From Bdellovibrionales bacterium (lineage in GTDB: Bacteria; Bdellovibrionota; Bdellovibrionia; Bdellovibrionales; JAMPXM01), in NCBI GenBank assembly GCA_043739185.1, contig JAYUEN010000138.1, positions 1 through 18,210 on the forward strand: a stretch of 18,210 nt of DNA, read 5' to 3'. The translations under genes were made by a program, and so were the position numbers. Shown here in pieces: positions 15,791-18,210 of the stretch. Numbering within the stretch: position 1 is the first letter of the stretch; each line of letters begins with the position of its first letter. The notes beneath the pieces are model-generated. The model ran no database searches. It was given only the letters and a program-made list of their open reading frames with translations, and was not told the DNA's origin.

Positions 15791-16606
15791 ATGAAAATGA
15801 TCTTGAGTTTTGTTTTGAAATTGGGCGGCAAAAACTTAGTTTTCAATCTTGTTCCATGCCTTTTTGCGTTGGCGGTGGGATTTATCTATTCAGACTTAAG
15901 CTTTGCGGTAGGACCCAACTCGGAGACCCAAGATATCTTAGAAAAGGCGCGACTCAAGCTTGCGAGCAAAAAAAATCAGGCCCATATTTTAATGAAAATC
16001 ATTGAGGCGACTGGTGAAATTAAAACCCGAGAACTCAACCTCCAGACACTTCAGACTGCGACAGGCTTTGAAGCGATAGCGCGAATGACGGCTCCAGCTG
16101 ACAACAAAGGAACGGCTTTGCTCGCTGTAGTTGATAAAACGGAACAGCGCCAGTGGATTTATTTGCCCTCAAATAAACAAGTGCGAAGAGTCGCGAGTGT
16201 GAATAAGTCCTCAGGACTTTTGGGCTCAGAACTCAGTCCAGAAGACTTAAATCCAGATGCGCTCAAGGGAGCCAGTGTGAAATTGGTAAAAAAAGATGAG
16301 CATAGCGCAGTCATACAGCTGACTCCCGCGGCAGGAACAAGCGAGTATTCTCATGCACTCACGGTTTTTTCAATTCCGGACTATTTGCCCCAAAGGTCCG
16401 AGTATTATAAGGCAAATGAACTTCAAAAGACGGTTGAGTACTTAGATTACAAGGCTTTCGAAGGTTCTATTTACCGCGCACAGAAAATTCATATTAAAAA
16501 TATTCTAAAAGGTCGAGGTACGGATATTGAATTAAGTGAAATTAAAGTGAATGCCAAGCTTTCTGAAAAAGATTTTACTCCGGAGGCTCTTAAAGAAAAT
16601 TGGTGA
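15791..16606 (+). CDS. Outer-membrane lipoprotein-sorting protein (LolA-like/DUF1329-related family)
   Basis: Family motifs MKII...GEIKTREL, APADNKGTALL, QWIYLPSNKQVRRV, LLGSELSPEDL, EYYKANELQK and LSEKDFTPEAL are present. The signal peptide ends in SFA. Confidence 0.9.
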   Translation: MKMILSFVLKLGGKNLVFNLVPCLFALAVGFIYSDLSFAVGPNSETQDILEKARLKLASKKNQAHILMKIIEATGEIKTRELNLQTLQTATGFEAIARMTAPADNKGTALLAVVDKTEQRQWIYLPSNKQVRRVASVNKSSGLLGSELSPEDLNPDALKGASVKLVKKDEHSAVIQLTPAAGTSEYSHALTVFSIPDYLPQRSEYYKANELQKTVEYLDYKAFEGSIYRAQKIHIKNILKGRGTDIELSEIKVNAKLSEKDFTPEALKENW

Positions 16607-16633
16607 GTCTTCCGAATACTAGTCCGGCGGCCA

Positions 16634-16651
16634 ATTGACAATATTGTCGAT
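16634..16651. promoter_or_regulatory. Palindrome containing TTGACA, candidate operator
   Basis: ATTGACAATATTGTCGAT has a perfect 12-bp core, GACAATATTGTC (16637-16648). It lies ~50 nt upstream of the next ATG. Confidence 0.4.
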
Positions 16652-16702
16652 GAGGCGCGCAATTAACCAACGGACTTGATTCTGAAATAGAAAGGCTCAT
16701 CT

Positions 16703-17161
16703 ATGATGCTTCTCCCCCTTCAAAAGTTTTTATATCTCGGGTTGATTTGTGCACTTTCATTTTGGTTTGCAAAAGTAGAAATTCAAATCGAAGGCACGAG
16801 CGGATGGGCTAAAAATTTGCCCACCTGGCGAATTGAGAACCATTGGTTGCTTAAAGTATTTTTCGGTGGAAGAGCCATGACCGGCTATCACGCATGGGTC
16901 ATTAGCTTTATCTTTTTGTTGTTTCACATTCCGGTCGCCTTCACAGATCAGTGGAGTTTTGCTTTTGAGGGCAGAGTCTTAGGCGGCTTTATTTTATTTT
17001 GGATCATTGAAGATTTTCTGTGGTTTGTTTTAAATCCAGGCTTTGGCATTAAGAAATTCAAAAAAGAATTCATCCCGTGGCATCCGAACTGGGTCATGCT
17101 CGCGCCAATTGAGTATTGGTTTTTTTGCCCAATCGGCTTTTCGCTTATTTTCTTGTGTTAA
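16703..17161 (+). CDS. Small Trp-rich integral membrane protein of unknown function
   Basis: It has an AAAGG RBS and ~4 hydrophobic segments. Polar motifs are EIQIEGTSGWAKNLPTWR, TGYH and IEDFLWFVLNP. Confidence 0.8.
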   Translation: MMLLPLQKFLYLGLICALSFWFAKVEIQIEGTSGWAKNLPTWRIENHWLLKVFFGGRAMTGYHAWVISFIFLLFHIPVAFTDQWSFAFEGRVLGGFILFWIIEDFLWFVLNPGFGIKKFKKEFIPWHPNWVMLAPIEYWFFCPIGFSLIFLC

Positions 17162-17177
17162 TAGACTTCTTGCATAT

Positions 17178-17852
17178 CTAGTTGGCTGGAGGCGGCGGCG
17201 CGGGAGTGCCATTGTCGTCTCTCATGCCATCAAAAATCCAACGTGAGAAAGCGTCACTCTCTTCAAGGCTAAGTCTAACCGGAGGTGGCGGCATCTGTTT
17301 GGTTACCAAAGTTAAATACATTGCCGTCGGAATGCTTGCGCGTACGATATTGATATCGCTATAGTCTGAGATTCCGTCTTTGTTGCCTTTAAAGTGACAA
17401 TTGAGACATTGTTTTTCAAATACAAGTTGTTTGAATTGCGACCACAAAATCGGTCGACCGGAAGGTATGGGTTGAGTGCCAGGGTCAGGCGACGGATTGT
17501 TTACTACCTCAGGTGCGCCATCTGCAATCCACTTTTTTAAAATCGCCAGCTCAATTTTTTTGATTCCCTTAGGCGGCATAGATTTTTCTACAAAAACCGC
17601 ATTGACGATTTTAGGGAGCGCAGCTTTGACCTGCGCATAAGTTAAAAGAATTGGATTCTTAGTTGCGTGGCAGCCAACGCAGCTCGAGTCTAAGACATTT
17701 CTTTTAACTTGCTCATAGCCGTAGTTGCCCTTTTGTACTGAAGAATCGACTTGCTCAAAATCACTTTGAGTTTTGTCGACTTGATATGCGCAGCTTACGA
17801 TGAGGCTGAGTGCAGTTAATATTAAAATGTACTTCAGAAATGAGGTCTTCAT
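17178..17852 (-). CDS. Di-heme c-type cytochrome lipoprotein
   Basis: It has a lipobox (LIVS-C) and two CxxCH motifs (CVGCH, CLNCH). Each lies in a duplicated domain ending MPP...W(I)xDG. Confidence 0.88.
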   Translation of the reverse strand: MKTSFLKYILILTALSLIVSCAYQVDKTQSDFEQVDSSVQKGNYGYEQVKRNVLDSSCVGCHATKNPILLTYAQVKAALPKIVNAVFVEKSMPPKGIKKIELAILKKWIADGAPEVVNNPSPDPGTQPIPSGRPILWSQFKQLVFEKQCLNCHFKGNKDGISDYSDINIVRASIPTAMYLTLVTKQMPPPPVRLSLEESDAFSRWIFDGMRDDNGTPAPPPPAN

Positions 17853-17855
17853 CAG

Positions 17856-18209
17856 TTATTTTTGAACAGCCATAATAATATCGAGATCAGCAGTCATATT
17901 GTTATTCACACCGATTCCCAATACTGGTTTTACCACAATGCCATAGTCAGAAAGTGAAAATGGAATGCTGCCTTTTATATTCAAATTGCCGCCATCTAAT
18001 ACCAAGACTTTAAGTGGAAAACTTAAGTTTTTTTCAACTCCGTGAATGACCCAGGTGCCACTTGCCGACAAATTAATAGTATTGCCAACTTTCATTTGAG
18101 AGGCGATATCACCAGCACTGGTAACGCCTAATAATTTAAAAACGACATTTTGAAATACAACTGAGTCTCCGCCGGAACTTGGCAGTTGATTATTGGAGTC
18201 GCAAATATG
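17856..18209 (-). CDS. YceI family (polyisoprenoid/lipid-binding) protein, C-terminal part, truncated by window edge
   Basis: The frame is open to the window end: HICDSNNQLPSSGGDSVVFQNVVFKLL...ASGTWVIHGVEKNLSFPL...IKGSIPFSLSDYGI. This matches the YceI G.LTIHGV.K and ..SDYGI motifs. Confidence 0.85.
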   Translation of the reverse strand, partial: HICDSNNQLPSSGGDSVVFQNVVFKLLGVTSAGDIASQMKVGNTINLSASGTWVIHGVEKNLSFPLKVLVLDGGNLNIKGSIPFSLSDYGIVVKPVLGIGVNNNMTADLDIIMAVQK

Positions 18210-18210
18210 A

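Noticed and set aside
8618..16606. Aryl-polyene/flexirubin or hopanoid biosynthetic gene cluster
   Set aside because: Only accessory-type genes are present. There is no ketosynthase, ACP, reductase or cyclase in the window.
759..17364. Short ORF-track entries overlapping the main genes (e.g. 759-956, 2611-2850, 3529-3843, 5709-6029, 7510-7782, 10409-10762, 12695-13027, 13496-13786, 17043-17246)
   Set aside because: These are antisense or alternate-frame shadows of well-supported CDSs, with no recognisable motifs.

Overview
This is a gene-dense, moderately AT-rich bacterial window. Its protein styles (secreted Cys-containing hypotheticals, a lipoprotein di-heme cytochrome c, TetR and YceI variants) suggest a Bdellovibrionota/Oligoflexia-like organism, which is an inference. 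I found no rRNA, tRNA, CRISPR array or mobile element. The window is almost entirely envelope and lipid-handling genes. From the left: the 3' end of an AcrB-type RND pump, a small secreted protein divergent from a TetR regulator, and a probably secreted GNAT-like protein fused to a 32-aa repeat array. Next is a minus-strand run of MMPL transporter, acyl-CoA thioesterase, outer-membrane (OM) barrel, TolC, OM barrel, repeat-domain lipoprotein and MarR. Then come a CrtQ/HpnB-like GT2 glycosyltransferase, a DUF1302-like OM barrel, an oppositely oriented BPI/LBP(TULIP)-like protein, a LolA-like protein, a small membrane protein, a di-heme cytochrome c lipoprotein and a partial YceI. The best candidate for an undescribed system is a trans-envelope lipid-trafficking locus (8618-16606). 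In it, an MMPL lacking the canonical TM4/TM10 proton-relay aspartates co-occurs with a LolA-like carrier, an OM barrel and a full-length BPI/LBP-like protein. All family calls are by eye from motifs; no searches were run.
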